Program-made: the position numbers and the translations under genes
Part shown: positions 38,919 to 53,760 of the stretch, piece after piece
How the letters are laid out: each line of letters starts with the position of its first letter
Position numbering within the stretch: the stretch's first letter is position 1
From: Octopus vulgaris
Lineage: Eukaryota
DNA length: 62,000 bases
Direction of reading: 5' to 3'
Assembly (NCBI GenBank): GCA_951406725.2
Contig: OX597823.1
Span: forward strand, 38,336,001 to 38,398,000
Notes under the pieces: generated by a model
The model's input: only the letters and a program-made list of their open reading frames with translations
What the model was told of the DNA's origin: nothing
Databases searched by the model: none

Positions 38919-41454
38919 TGTATGTGGTATGAGGGCACATACATATCCTTTCTTAATGAATTATATCGATTGTACTTTTTTTAGAAATTATTGTACCAGA
39001 CCAAATATCATAGATGTTATTTCATAATATTCCTCTGGAAAGATTTTTGTTGCATGAAGAGATAATTGTTCAATGATTGTAAATTAAAGACAAGATATGT
39101 TTAAAAATAAGTGCTATGTATAAATGCTTGTTTACAAAGAAGTTGTGTAAAAGGCTTATTTATAATGTTGGAACAGACTGAGTGATATGTGAGTGTGATA
39201 CAGTTAACATTGAAACAAAAATAATATATAATTGTTGGCATTTTTCTTATTCGAAATTGCATTTTAAACAAACTTTTAATTGATATTGGTATGTAAACAT
39301 TATATATTATGGAATTTCTGAAAAGAACTCTGTTACAAAGAAAGTTTTTGAAAGAATTTATAATTTATTTATGAAAATAATTTCCAATTTGCTCTTGTTT
39401 CTGTTGATGAATTTTAAAATATTTTTCAATGCAGTCAACTTGAAAATTTACTCTTATTTATTTATTTTGTTTTGAAATTGCTGAAAGATAGTATAATTGG
39501 TTACATGTTTCCAATAAGTCAATCATTTCTGAAGATGAATGATAAGGGAGTGTCCATGTAACTTGTTGCAGAACAAATATCACAAAGGATTTCATGCAGT
39601 TTTTGGTCTTCTCAACGATGTTTGCATACTTTGTTGGCATAAATCAGTGAAAGCTACTAGTTCACATGCACCCCCTCTCTCTTTCACACATACACATGCA
39701 CACATGCATGCACACACACACATACAATGTACATTCATGCAATTTATTTTCTCTACTGAATCCTATTGATGAAGCATTAATTGACCTGAAGACATGATTG
39801 GATACCAACCATAACTGATTTGAATGGTACAATTAACCTATTAAATGATTTTAACAATACAGTTTACTAATTAACTTACTTTAACAATATAGGTTCCTTA
39901 TATTATGTGTTTTGTATCAAAAGTTGTACATAATTTAACTACAACTTATTGATAGTAAAAGGAGCTAAAAAGTGAAAGTAAGATTATATAAATCAAACAA
40001 AAGAAACAAGAAACACAAGGCCTTCTTGACTTTATTTTATATTGACCCACATACAAGAAAAGAATACATCACTTTTCTAGGACATTAATAATAGATTTAC
40101 TTATACATTTAAGATCTTTGTATAAATTTACTTAATCCAAAAATATTTTATCCTAGCAGTTTGCTCTTTTCTCTCCTTCACATGCAGTTTTATTATAAAA
40201 TTTAATGTTGGTTTGCCAAATTGTTTTGTTAGATTAAAATACAAACCAATATTATTTCTTAACATGCTGATTACATTGTATTAACTTTTTTTGCCAAGCA
40301 GCATGATTAAATTTTGTTGGAATGAGAATAATTGAAAAGTCTTTTATCAACCTTAGTATAATGAAATGTGGAAGTTGACTCTTACAAGATTTGAACTAAA
40401 AATTTGGAAGTTTGCAACTAAATGTTTTAGTACAGTGAAACTTTATTTCTGATTTTGGCTATTCATTTTTTGGAGAAAAAAAAGAGCATAATCTACATAA
40501 CTTATTGCAGCATTTTGTAAACTTTTTAGCCTTGAGTAACCCTTGAAATACATTACATGTTTCAGGAAACCCCTGCTTAAAAATTATGCATCTTCGTTCA
40601 TTTTTTTTTTCTATTACATTAAATAAAATTTCATAAGACAGTAAGCAAATCATAAAACTATCATTATGACTTAACTAAGTAGTTAATTAAACCAGTTTCT
40701 TCCACAATTCCATCTTTGGAGTTAATTTTTTTCTCTGTGGAGTCACCCTACTATCTACAGATGCCATTACTTACCTACCTTTAGAAATTTGCTTATATAA
40801 TAAAATTACAAGTATAGAGTTAAAGGGAAAAATTACTTTAAAATATATTTACATAAAATTAACCTGTTATGTAATTAATTATTTCTCACAAGAGCTTTTG
40901 CAATCTCTTGTTGAACTCTAACATTCTGGGGAAACCTTGGTTAAGAAATGCTGATGTATTATATAAGCTATTATCAGCTCAGTTCATCATTGTCACTTTT
41001 ACAACCTATTTGAACTATTAAGGCAACAGCTCTTTACAATCACTTTTGTACAATTTTGTATTTAACATCTTTTGAATATCTTTTTTTATCATTATTCTTT
41101 TAAAAGATTCTCCTATTGAATTTTCATGATATTGCAATATGTAATCTTTGACAAATAAGCTATTATGCTGCTTAGGATTACAGAATACAATATATTTGAA
41201 TATTTTTGATTGTGTGATCATAACTGTTTTATTAGATATACAATACGGTAATTTCAAAATAAATATATTCTTGATGTATAATTTACTCATTTATTTAGTT
41301 TATTTAAAGAAGAATGCTTAATGTTTTTTTTTAGTGATTTAAGATTTTGAAATATAGAATATTTTAATTTAAAGGACGAAACTTTTTTCAGATGTTGCTG
41401 CAATATTATTATAAATTATATTAGTATAACATATATATATATATATATACTATG

Positions 41455-41494
<40 letters not shown>

Positions 41495-43379
41495 TAGTAA
41501 TAATAATATATATGTATATATTATAATAGTACATTTCTTTCCAGCCTAATACTGGTTTTTATTTTATCATAGGTTTTTAAATATCCATTTCCACCATTTC
41601 TATATGTAAGTGTTAAAAATAATTTCATGTTGCTATTTCTAGTCTTTTTTTTTTTATTAGTTTTCTTCCTACTAATAAATAACATGCCTCTAGGACTGTT
41701 TTATTTGAGATTCAGACATATTGATGTGGGTGATAACTTCCATCTATGATCTTTCTGTAGAAATATTTTATTGATATAGTAGTTTCCAAGTATACATTTT
41801 TTTCAATTCAAAAATATTACAACTAAGAAATAAACTTCAGATTGATGCTCTTTAAGCAATATATTCATCATTATGATTTGAAATAAATATAATTTTAGAA
41901 TTTTCTATTTTCTATTTGAAGAACTTATATTTGTTTATGGTAGAATCAACAATTAGTTAAAGTATAAATTTAATTCATTATAATTTTATATGATGCAGAT
42001 GGATTTTATGATCTATATAACCTAATAGTTTATTTTATTAACTACTGAAGCTTAGTATCCTTATTTTGACCATAACTTTTTAAAGAAATGTTCCTTTCCA
42101 TTTACAGCATAAACAGTAAATAAAACTAGCAGTGATTGTTTATTTTGGGGTGAAAAAAAAACAAAAACAAATCAACATAACATATTACAATGTTATATAA
42201 ACTATTAATAACTCTATGTAATTTTTTTTATATTTCCTCATTAATAATTCTTACATTGAAATGATGAGTAAATTTCAGCATACAAAAGATGTGGTATAAA
42301 AAGAAAATACAAGAAATTAATGCTTTAATATTTATTTGCTGTAAGATTTTCGATTTTTGAATTTGTAATACTTCAGAAGCAGAAACAGGGGAGGAAAAAA
42401 AGCCCATTGAGTTTCCATAATCACTTTTATTATATCTTCCACTACTTTTCTAATGTTATCATTATTATCATCATCAATTTTATTATGAAAATGATTATTT
42501 TCCATGTTGGCATGGGTTGACAAGGACTTTATTTATATATTCTACTTACAATCATTAATAATCTTTTAAGATCTAATCAAACTTCTACCTTTCAGATTTC
42601 TTTCACCTAACCATAAAACTATAACAGTACCTGACATGTTCACTTTACAACCATATTTCTAGGTTCAATTCTATTTTGCATCACCTTGGTCAATTGCATA
42701 TTTATCCACTTAATAGAAATCAATAACATAAGTGTGCTGCTAAAATAAGCATTGGGATTGACTAAATACCTTGAAAGAGGTTCCCTGACTGAAACCAATT
42801 ATGAAACATCTGTATTTTATTTACCCTCTATTGCTACTCTACATTATATTATCATCCGGTATTCACCCTCAAATAGTATTATACAACAATAATTTTTCTT
42901 ATCTTCATTATTTCTTGTGCTGTTAACAAGTGTACCTTACTGGAAAAATCTGTCCATCAGTTTTTATTGTCATATTTCATTGAACAATCATACCTCATTT
43001 AATCTGTTCTTTGTAAATGAAGGAAGTTCATTTATAATAACTTTGCTCATGTTTGTTCCTCACCCCATGCACATGCTAATGTTAAGTCATTTCAATGATA
43101 CAATGATTCTACTTTCAATGATCCTTGATTATCTTATTCTTTTAATTGCATGACATATAAATTATATCTCTGTATCTCCTCTCTACCAAGTCACTGAGTT
43201 TATGCTTCCTGTTTCACATACTAAATAGGGAAATTTCTTTTCTTTCTTTCTTTTCATAACTTAGTTGATGTTTGAAAGTACCATCTATAAATACATATCT
43301 TAAAATTTGAAATCCTTGGATTTCAAATTTATTCTGTAGTTCCTGTGTTGACATTTCTTTGCAATGTTTCAAGTATTAG

Positions 43380-43700
43380 GCCAAATATAGACCCATGCAG
43401 CATCACATAAAAGCACCTGTGCAGTATCACATAAAAGCACCCATGTAGCATCACATAAAGCATCCGTGTAGCGCCATGTAAAAGTACCCATGTGGCATCA
43501 CATACCCATACAGTGCCATGTGAAAGCACCCAGCACACTCTGTAAAGTGGTTGGCATTAGAAAGGGCATCCAGCCATAGAAATAATGTCAAATCAGACTG
43601 GAGTCTGGTGCGCCCCCCCCCCCCCAGCTTGCCAGCTCTGGTCACACTGTTCAACCCATGCCAGCATGAACAATGGACATTAAATGATGATGATGATGAT
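43380..43700 (+). mobile_element. RTE-family 3' end with a ~25-bp minisatellite (~6 units)
   Basis: ACCCATGYAGCATCACATAAAAGC units, then the conserved tail and (GAT)n. Confidence 0.85.
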
Positions 43701-45540
43701 GTGGAACCTACTACGTTGATACAAATCTATTAAAACTCTTGTTGTTTTGTACCAAGTCTTTCCTAATGGAGAAAATCTGTGATTAAAGGAATTCTAGCCA
43801 TGACTATCTCATCTTTCTATGTAACAAGGACTTCATTGTCCAATGTATTGTTCTTATTTTAAAACTCTAGGGTGTGATTTGAGAGAGATTTCACTTGTTA
43901 TTTCTAGCTATCCAAGTAACTGTGTAGAGGCTCTCTTGATGGCTCAATTAAGACTTTGATTTACTGTACTATAAACTGCTATAGAATTAAAGAATTGTTT
44001 CATTTAATTTAGTGCAACAAATTATTTTCAACCCATAATGTTATTTTATTTGTTTTCCTTTTTACTGTGGGATATATAACTTTTTGTTATTTATCAAAAT
44101 ACTCTTAAAACAATCATTACTCTATACTAATACAACAGAAAATGTCTTCCATTCTCTGTTGTGAAAACAACATAAAAAAGAATTAGTCACAGCAAATATA
44201 ATGAAATGACAATAAGTATTGTACTACAGTAGTAATATAGTAACAGGATTATAGGAGTTTTCAAACGTTTTAATGGTAAATAGCAGTGTGTTGTGTGACA
44301 TTGCTGGGAGAAAAACTGTTTTTGACCCTGGTTATTTGTTTAAAAGCAGCTGTCAGATCTTCAAGTTGTAGTGAGTGATTTGAACAATATCTTAATATGA
44401 TTCAGAATTCTTCCTATACACAGTGGATTGGTTAAACTCTTCTATACATGGGAGTATACCATATTTGTGTTAACAGTCACTATAAATTGTAAATCCCTCT
44501 TGCCCAAATATGAACTAGTTACTATCATACACTGCAATGTATCTGAATGCTGACAATTGTGCATTAATAAATGTTGGTAAATCTTGAAGATGACAATTTC
44601 ATTGTCCTAAGAAAATACTGATCTTGTTTGGTTCCCCCCACCCACCTCCTGGTCTAACCTATGATCAAAGATATTCCAGTATTGACCATCTTATCTTTTG
44701 TATATTTAGGATCACCTTGTTCAGTGTGTCCTCCATGTTTTAAGACATAAAGGTATGATAGGATGGAATCTGGTTGTTATTTGTTGCTGGTCAATCTACT
44801 GCATAGATATTCTCTTACTGGTTCATTCATCACTAGGGAACCTTAACAGACTAAATCATTTCTATGATCTGGATGCTAAGAAACTGGAATACACAAACTT
44901 TTCCCCCCTCATTCTTGCTGCTGTTGATGGAAAATATACAACCTGTGGCACACCACTTCTTGAGAAAGGTTGGTCTATGTCTGCACTGTAACCTAAGTCC
45001 TTGATCTTTTAATGCTATTTGTTAGGTTATTATTAGGGCTTAAATTAATAACAACCTGACAAATGATAATGTGAGTAAACATGTCTCCCTCTCTTATTTG
45101 TTATTGTAAATGTTATTTGCAAACATTGATACTCATAGAGGTGTAGATTAGAGAAGAGTATAGTGTAAGGAGTTCAGAACACAGCTTTGTGCTGAAACAC
45201 TCATTTATTTTGCTGCAATAAAGAAAATTAATCTACATCCTTAATCCATACTTTATTGTGTGTGTATGTGTGTTTCTTAAGAGAAAATATGTTTGTTATT
45301 CATTATTCTGTTAATTACTATAATTTCTAAAATAAGTAAATTATTTTGAGTTTTTAGTTGCATGAAGTTAAAGCAGTTTTATTTTTACTTGCTATTATCC
45401 TTGTACTAATGTACACACATTGAATGACATCTATTTTCCTAATTTATTTCTTCTAGTTTAACATTTTGTAGATTAGTTCATCATTTTATTGCATCAACCA
45501 TGATTTTCATAAATAATATTCATTTCACAAATAAACATAG

Positions 45541-45606
45541 GATTTACCTGGAGATGTAGACAGTGTATTTGCGGAAGGTGATAAAGAAAACAGTCTAACT
45601 ACACAA
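45541..45606 (+). CDS. Second coding exon of the host gene: DLPGDVDSVFAEGDKENSLTTQ
   Basis: CATAG acceptor at 45540, 66 nt open in phase 0, and an AA|GTAAGT donor at 45607. The phase matches the exon ending at 29438. Confidence 0.72.
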
Positions 45607-46118
45607 GTAAGTATTTTTCATTCTGCATGGGTCACTCTCATATTCTGCTCATTGTACAGTTTTATAAATCTTGTCTCAGATTATTTCTTTATCTGTGATC
45701 AATGTTTCCTTTAGCTAAGCAGTTTGATTCCTTGAAAATCATTCAATTATATATTGTTATAGATAATTCCTATGATAAAAATTTCAAAAATTTGAGGCAA
45801 TTATCTAACAGAATTTTACTATAATAAATTCACTTAGAAGAAGAATATATATTCAAAGTAGAAAAGTTATGGAGACAGATACTTTGATATCAACTACTGT
45901 TTGCTATTGTGATGGAATGGAAAATAAACCACATTCTAGTTATTTCATTGTTGCTGTTAGCAATTAATGTGAAAATATTTAAAGCATCAGGGTTTGTTTG
46001 ATCAATCATTTCTTCTTTTGTAATAAACTGATTTCAGAAATCTAGAAATGGGAATTTTAAAACATTAATATGTATTTGTTCTTCACATAGCACCTAGATA
46101 ATGTTTGAAGCTGTAACC

Positions 46119-46196
46119 AAAAGTTTGGCTTTCATTTCACAATTCACCGACATATATATATATATCAATAAATTGTGAAATGAAGGCTAAACTTTT
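46119..46196. repeat. Inverted repeat: 26-bp arms (2 mismatches), 26-nt spacer containing (TA)n
   Basis: AAAAGTTTGGCTTTCATTTCACAATT / AATTGTGAAATGAAGGCTAAACTTTT. Confidence 0.9.
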
Positions 46197-49100
46197 GTTA
46201 ACTATGGGACAAATTATTTTCCCGATATTGCTGCAGCATTTTTTTTTTTTTTAGTTAGTAATAATTGCAGTTAATAGCAATATAAACTGAAAAACTTTTG
46301 TTTATTTTCCTGTCTGAGAAGATGGTAGTTATAAGGTGTGGTGATAAAGCAACTGCCTCCATATATAAACTCATTTTCTTTTATTGAGAACTGATATATA
46401 GCTTTCTCATAGTCATAATTATGGAAACTTTTCCATTTATTCAAAGATTAGTCTTACCTTCTCATTTTCAATATCTTAAAAATCAACATTATTATCAAAA
46501 ATCTTTCATGGACACTTCATTATAAAATCTGAAAGCAAACATTTCGATAACATATATTGTTGCCATTTAATCATTTTTCTCTTCATATTTTAAACTCAAA
46601 AATTCTCTGAAAAATGTAATTTTGTAAATTCATAAAGAAAATCACAAATTTCTCAGTAAACCTTCAGAAATATAATGAAAAAATATCCAAAGTAAATATT
46701 TGAAGTAAATAATATTCCTCCCTTTCACTAAGCTGTATATCATGTAAATTCTATATATAGTATTTGTTTGTGCTTGTGTATAATCATTGTTTTCACATAA
46801 ATGGCCTTTTTTGGTAGCATTTTAATGATTCACTGAGCTGCAATAGTCTATCTCTGTAATTTGTGTTGTGTTTTCAGTGTTCAAATAAAATTAGTGAAAT
46901 CTCACTCTACAAGCTTTATATTTTATTCAGTGTTTTGTAGTTAGATCAGTTTGAGATAAATATCAGTTGTGAAAAGTTAGAAATAAAAGACAAATTAACA
47001 ATTATATGAAATCCTCATTTAGAAGTTTTGTAACATGAAAACCTGATGACTCATAACAAAAGTATAATCGTTAACATCTATTTTGATAAATGTCTAATAT
47101 ATCAAATGAATATCATGAAGTTTTGGTTATTTTTTTCAACATTATGAAAATAGAAATGAAAAAATTTATATAATTGTTAATTTTCTGCTTAATTTATTAC
47201 ATTTGATGTTTGTCTTTATTTCTCTGTGGTTTTCTAAATAGTTGAGTGTTGTGTATTGATGACTCATTTTCTTTAGTTTGGTACAATGTCAGCAACTTTG
47301 AAGAAACTCTTGTAAACAAGTAACTCTTTCAACAGTATTCGTGATTTGAAGAACTAAAACCATTCTGTCACTCTCTGTGCCGCTCATGCTCTCATTCATT
47401 TACTCTTTCTCCTCTCTCCATCCTCTCTTTCTTTTTTCTCTCACCTCCATACATATCATATATTTAACAAAGTTTTAAAATTAGAGATTCTCTAATCAAA
47501 AAAGCTAAGAAAGAAATATATCTGTGGAACATATTGATGTTTCTTGTAATATTGGTTACTACAAGCCATGTGTTGTAATTAAAACCTAAATGTAATCAGT
47601 ATAAAGTGTTCTACTTTAATCAGGTAGGTAGTTAACGTGCATGTATTAGTTTTTGTTATCCGTAATTCTTTGTGAAATTGAAAAGATTTTCTTCCATAAG
47701 CAGTAAAATTTATCCAATGTTGCACAACTTGCTGTAGCTGACTTAATTAGATTTTAATATTTTCTATGTGTCATAAATTCTCATTATTAATGTAGTGTCT
47801 GTCACAATATTTCAATGAACTATTGTAGTTTTTGCTACTGTTTACTACCAATCATCCAGAAATTATTTTGAGCAGTACTGTAATTATAAATATAAAAAGC
47901 TTCATATATACAATTGTTATTTTGATAATTCATTCAGAAATATCAATATATATATATGCATGCACACAAATACACACACACATTATTGCATTGACAGTAC
48001 TTTTTCTATTGATAAAATAAAATACTGCCAGAATCTGAAATTTTCTTGTTATTGAAAATTAAATTGTTTATTTCACCAATATCATCTTAATATTATTTTT
48101 TCTTTTTTTGTCATTTTGACAGAAATTTTGTATTTCATGATGAAAATATTTGGAGTGCCACTGTCATAATTTTAGTCTGTCTAGAATGTTATATAAATGT
48201 TAAAAAATAAATTGGATAAAATTATGGATAAAATTTTCAGATCCAATTCAGATCCAATTCAGCTTTGTAAATTTTATTTTAAGTTCCTCTTTAACTGTCA
48301 AATAATATAAAATTGAGGTAAAGCAGCAACTCAGTTTGAAGTTCTGTATGAATTTTAAAATTATTGTTAGAGTTTATAACATATTTTTCTCTCTGAACTA
48401 CCTAAAGTATATTATACTTCTGGGTCTAAAGAGATTAAGACATTGTTGAAAACTCCTTCATATCAAAACTTCTGTTTGGAAAAACCTATTTAATATTTAT
48501 AACCTGTCAATATTATTAACTCTAATAACATTCAATATTATTATTTTTGTTGCAACTTTTTTATGTTTTAATTACATTCATCGTATGTTTCAAACATTAA
48601 ACAGACTTTGACATAGCCACTTTTGTACAAGTATGTTATATGTCATTCTGTGTTATTTAATATCAAATGTTGCTTATTATATTTCTTTATTCCATTCATT
48701 TAGTTATAGTGAAACAAAATGAACATTTTAAAGGAATATGAAACTAAGTCTTTTGTTTTTCAAGACAAATGTCCTCATCAGAGGGAATGTCCTTATTAAC
48801 CATTATTGAGAGAAATGGAAATAGAAAGTACATACCTCACTCCATTTATAAGTTGATCCTTGTTTTTGGAATCAACTTGTTAGCATATCAACTTCTGTTT
48901 CTTAATAAAATGGACTGTACTATTTGCAGCTTCACACCATCTGAATTGTTTACCAAATTCTGCAATGTTTTTTTTGTCCATCTCTCTGTATATGAAGGTT
49001 GCACTTGAATGTGTTGATAAACTATTCACTTTTTCTATCCTAGCTGGCAACTGGTAGAACAGCTTCACAAACTTGCCCAAACTAGTTTGATCAACACCAG

Positions 49101-50989
49101 TTAAATTTGAATGTCTATTCAGTGTATACCAGCATCATATTAGCCAAGGCTATACATTCTGTCCTTTACTTCTTGGAAAGATGCCCATATGGTCAACTAA
49201 TGCTCTAGACAGCACATCGTGTTACATTATTAAAAGAATGTGGACAATGACCTAATGCTATTTCCAGAGATAAGATCTGAAAGAAATACACCACTTTCAG
49301 TTATTACTCAGCTTAATCAATTCCACTGCATACTTGAACTGAGGCTGGGTGGTAATATGTAGTCTACTCAAAACAAAGGAAGATATATCTTCCTTTACTC
49401 AGCATTTGTAAACCTTTAGAACCTGAACTCCATGTGTGAACAAATGAAATTGCCCTCCACATCACCATTTCTAATGGGATTTAATATATAATATATCATA
49501 CAGAGAGATTTGGGACTCTTGTCTACAAAAGGCTGTGAGCCAGACTTTGTGACTGTAGATTATCAAATACTGTTATGAACTAGTCTGCTATCAAAGGGAA
49601 AAGGAACAACAATTATTTGACTTCTTTTAATCATTACTACTGTAGAGGAAGCTTGGAGAACTGGTTAAAAGGCAATAATGAACTTCCATCTGACATGGAT
49701 ATTTGTGCTGAAAATGTTTACAAGTTTTTACTGTTAAAAGTATTTGCTTTTACAAGGCCCTTGATACACTGTTATTTAAATGCCCCACACACATACACCT
49801 TACTTTCACATTGTTTCTTGTTCATCACTAACTTTCAACATAACTGTACTGACTTCTTTTCCAGGTCGTGTTAATATGTTTCATGATAAACACCCAACAA
49901 TTATCAGATAATCTTTATTAAAAAAGAAACCCTACTCCTTGGTGAAAGTCTGTCTTTGACAGTGTTATATAATTTTAAAAAATGAGGTGGATGTTATAAA
50001 AAATATTGTTATGCACAGTTGTTTGAAATTGAGCTTTCAGATAGTGAATTAGTGACAGACATCTTATTGATATATTATCTGATTTTGGTTTGACGAATTG
50101 ACTGTATAAGTCACAACAGTGAACAGTTTCTGGCTAGTAAATTTAAAAACAGTTTTTTGCTTGGATGTATTCTAAAGAGCTGTTACAAAATCCAACAAGA
50201 AATCAAAATTCATGGTTAGAAAGGCAATACAATGTCATTACTTTACTCCTAATTTTTTTCCATGCTAGGATGAGTTAGATGAATATTATGGCACCTCACT
50301 GCTTGTTGCAGTATTTCATCATTTGGCACATACAGCAAAATTAATCTTTGCTTTTGTGTATAATGTAGTTTTTCTTTAGAGTAGGTTGGAGCATAGTTTT
50401 TACAGCTAGGTATTCTTCCTTTCACCATCCACTTCACAACCCAGATTGAATGTATTTTATTGAACCACTGATACTAGAAAGATTTTCTACAGCACAGCTA
50501 AACAGTCCTATCTGCATTATATCATTTTTTATTCCAACTTAATATTCTCCAAGACAAGTTGTTGGCACTACAACTTGCAGAGTCATGTCTCCTCTGGCTG
50601 TATTTTTATTTTTATTTTTTTTGAAGTGGTGACAATTTATTTTATTGGCTTCGGTTCACAAAAAGAATTGTTAAAAACAGATTTCTATGTTGACTGTTTT
50701 GATTTTATCTAATAAATAACCTGTTACAAAGTAGTTTCTTACATCATCCCATATTTCATTATTAAAGAATTAATTTTTGTAAATTAATAGAAATTTCTAA
50801 GGATCAATTATGGCTTATTGGGTTGGTTAAAAATTGAAATTTTATTTGGTAAAAGTATTTATTACTGTAGTGTTATTCATTAAAACCATTTTTTCTAGTA
50901 CTTTGCTTTGTTTTTTTATCATTTCAAGTTATTTAAGCATAAATGAGATCAACTGTTGAAATGAACATTTTACAACTCAGCTATGAATT

Positions 50990-51041
50990 GTAAAGATATT
51001 CTCAACAAAATAGTAAAGATATTCTCAACAAAATAGTAAAG

Positions 51042-51044
<3 letters not shown>
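50990..51044. repeat. 23-bp tandem duplication running into (TAA)n
   Basis: GTAAAGATATTCTCAACAAAATA x2 plus a partial third copy. Confidence 0.95.
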
Positions 51045-51072
<28 letters not shown>

Positions 51073-52951
51073 TAATATAAAAACAAAATTGTAACAAAGT
51101 GAAAAATATAAATATTGTATATATAATTCAAATGTTAAAGAAACCTCTGACTCGCTCTGTTTAATTTAGTTAAATTTGTTTTAAATTAGTTTTTATTTAA
51201 TGAGAAATTGTGGATAGTCTGGGATTTATTCAAACAATGCAGGTCCCTTATATTTTATGATCCCAACTTTATAAAATCCATCTGTGTGAACAAACAAACA
51301 TAGGCATGTGTGTGCTTACAGAGAGAGGGGTGGGGGAGAAAGCAAAAAGAGAAGGTAAAATATTTGTAAATTATTTTTATTCCTGTTATGCTTTTGTTCT
51401 GGCTTGCAACAAACTTCTATTTTAATGTTATGAAATGAAGAAAAGATACAAAACAAAACAAACTGAAAATTGAAAGAAAACACTTGATTACAAATGTAAA
51501 ACTATTCACTTCATCTTTTGTGTGAAACTACTTCAAAAGAAAGTTTACTCCTTTCATGTACACTTAAACATAAACATATTCTGCTATTTATTGAAAATTT
51601 CTCATAGCAATAGCCAGTAATCAATATGTTGAACCCTTCTCAATACCTTAATCTTTTAAATCTGTAAATCTTCCACTTAATACTGTTTGGTAAATTTCTT
51701 TTGACCAATATTGCATCCAACCACCTTAGGGGAAGAGCAGTGATCAATACACTTGTGCCCCATTTCAGTAATGCTTTTAAAAGCATGGTATGTCATGTGA
51801 AGTTGCACAATGAAGTTAGTCCTTTCTAAAAGACAAAACCTATTTTAAAACTGAAAATTTAATGAAATATTAACAAAACTGTGCAAAAGATATTTCACAG
51901 GAAAATTACAGACATTTTGTACATCTGTCTGGTTTATTAAATCATCATAGTAGACATCAACAGTTCAAAGATAGGATCTACATATATAATATTTTAATAT
52001 CTATATACACTTACCTGCAGTTAATTTTACATTCAAATTACTATAAAAAATTCTACATCAGCTATTTTCATGATCATATCTTAGTTTAACCATTCAGTTT
52101 TAATAATAATGTGAACATTTGAAACACTTTTTTCCTTTTTAAGTTTAGTTAGCTTCAAAATCTTATTTTACTATTTGCTAATATATTTTCAGAGCAACTT
52201 TCTCAGCTATTGTTTTGTAGTTTGTTATTCTATTTCTGTATCTGAGATTGAAATTTCATTTATAGTAAGATTAACGTCACTGACTTTACTTTTTGTGTAT
52301 ATATTTACATCATCGTCATTGTCATCCTCGCTGTTGCTGTCACTGTCTTTTAATTCTACTCAAAATAATACTGACTTTTTTCCTCCTTACCACTGACAGC
52401 CATCTGATTCTCTTCATAGTCTGTCCACTGTCCTTCCTTATGTTAATTGTTATCTTTTCCTGTTTGTTTATCTATTTGGTCAGTAACTAAGCATCTCAGA
52501 TCTCAATATAAGTAGACCAAATCACATTTATACACAATGCTGCGGGCAAGATTAAATTTGTGATTTACTGTTGAAAAGACTATTTTGTTGATCGCTTGCA
52601 TACAATATTGATCTTTAGTCTTTAGTTAACTCTTTCTACATCCATCTCAATTATGGAATGGAAACATAGGATTCTTTGAAAACAGTTCGAATAGAACTGT
52701 TTTCAAAGAAAAGCTTTAGTGAAAATATATAAAAATGCATGAATATTATGGGTTAAAACTGTCCTGTAACATCTGAGAAGTTTCCTTGATATATGTTCTG
52801 AAAGCAGGATGTAGGCAGGAAATAAGTGTTGTATAGTATTTACTGATAAACACTAGCTCCTGGTTCAAAAAAAGGATTAGTTAAATCTTAGCAGTATATG
52901 ATGAAAGGCAAATGGACAACAATGCAAGATGAAACTAAAGACTGCTTGCTC

Positions 52952-52990
<39 letters not shown>

Positions 52991-53574
52991 TGCACACATT
53001 TAAACTTGAGTACAAGAAAACATCATTGAAATAGGATATATAATGAAATGGATTAAAAAAAATTATAAGCTATATAAGAAAATTTAAAAAGTAAACAAAT
53101 GTAAGCAGAAAATATATTTAAATTGACAAAATTAAAAGAAAATAATTTCTTCAAAGAAAACAAATATTTACAAAAGATCATGTATCTTGTTTAATGTTTA
53201 TTATCTTATTCCTTTATCTTTCTGCAAATTACCTATCTTTGTTGCGTATTTTAAGCTGAGATTATTAAAATTAGTTTGATTCTCTTTAATGTAAAATAAG
53301 CAAAAATATATTTTGATTGTTATATAATGAAGTCAGATAAATTCTATGTTGTTACTTAACAAATTTACAGACAAGATCAGTCAACTAAAAAATATATATA
53401 ACTTACACTAAAGTTGCTGATGTAATTTAAAATCTTGACATCAAAATCACTTTCATCTCTTCAATTTATAAACATGTTTATAATCGGTATTATGTTATGT
53501 ATTGTCAAGTTTTGATATTAAAAAACATTTTAAATTTACATAATTTTGAACCTCTGATCTGGTATAGAGATGCT

Positions 53575-53760
53575 GTAATTGTTGTTTAACCCCAGGTCAA
53601 ATCTGATCATATAGACCTATGATCAAAGTGTTGAAGCTATTACCATCCTGTCTCATTTTCTGATAATATATCCAATATCAAATGTGTTCTTTTAGAAGAT
53701 AGAGTATGGTTTGAGTGGAAATTAGCTGCTATTTACATAACAAATTGAGCATGCATTTAG
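53575..53760 (+). repeat. Copy of an unclassified dispersed repeat (other copies at ~43790, 44650, 53900, 56700, 57650)
   Basis: Shared TTGTTTA.CCCCAGGTCA...GACCTATGATCAAAG..ATTCCAG..ATGACCATC motif. Confidence 0.6.

Noticed and set aside
49050-49600. GC-richer blocks (also at 44750-45000 and 59860-60330) suggesting old repeats
   Set aside because: No recognisable motif or second copy was found by eye.
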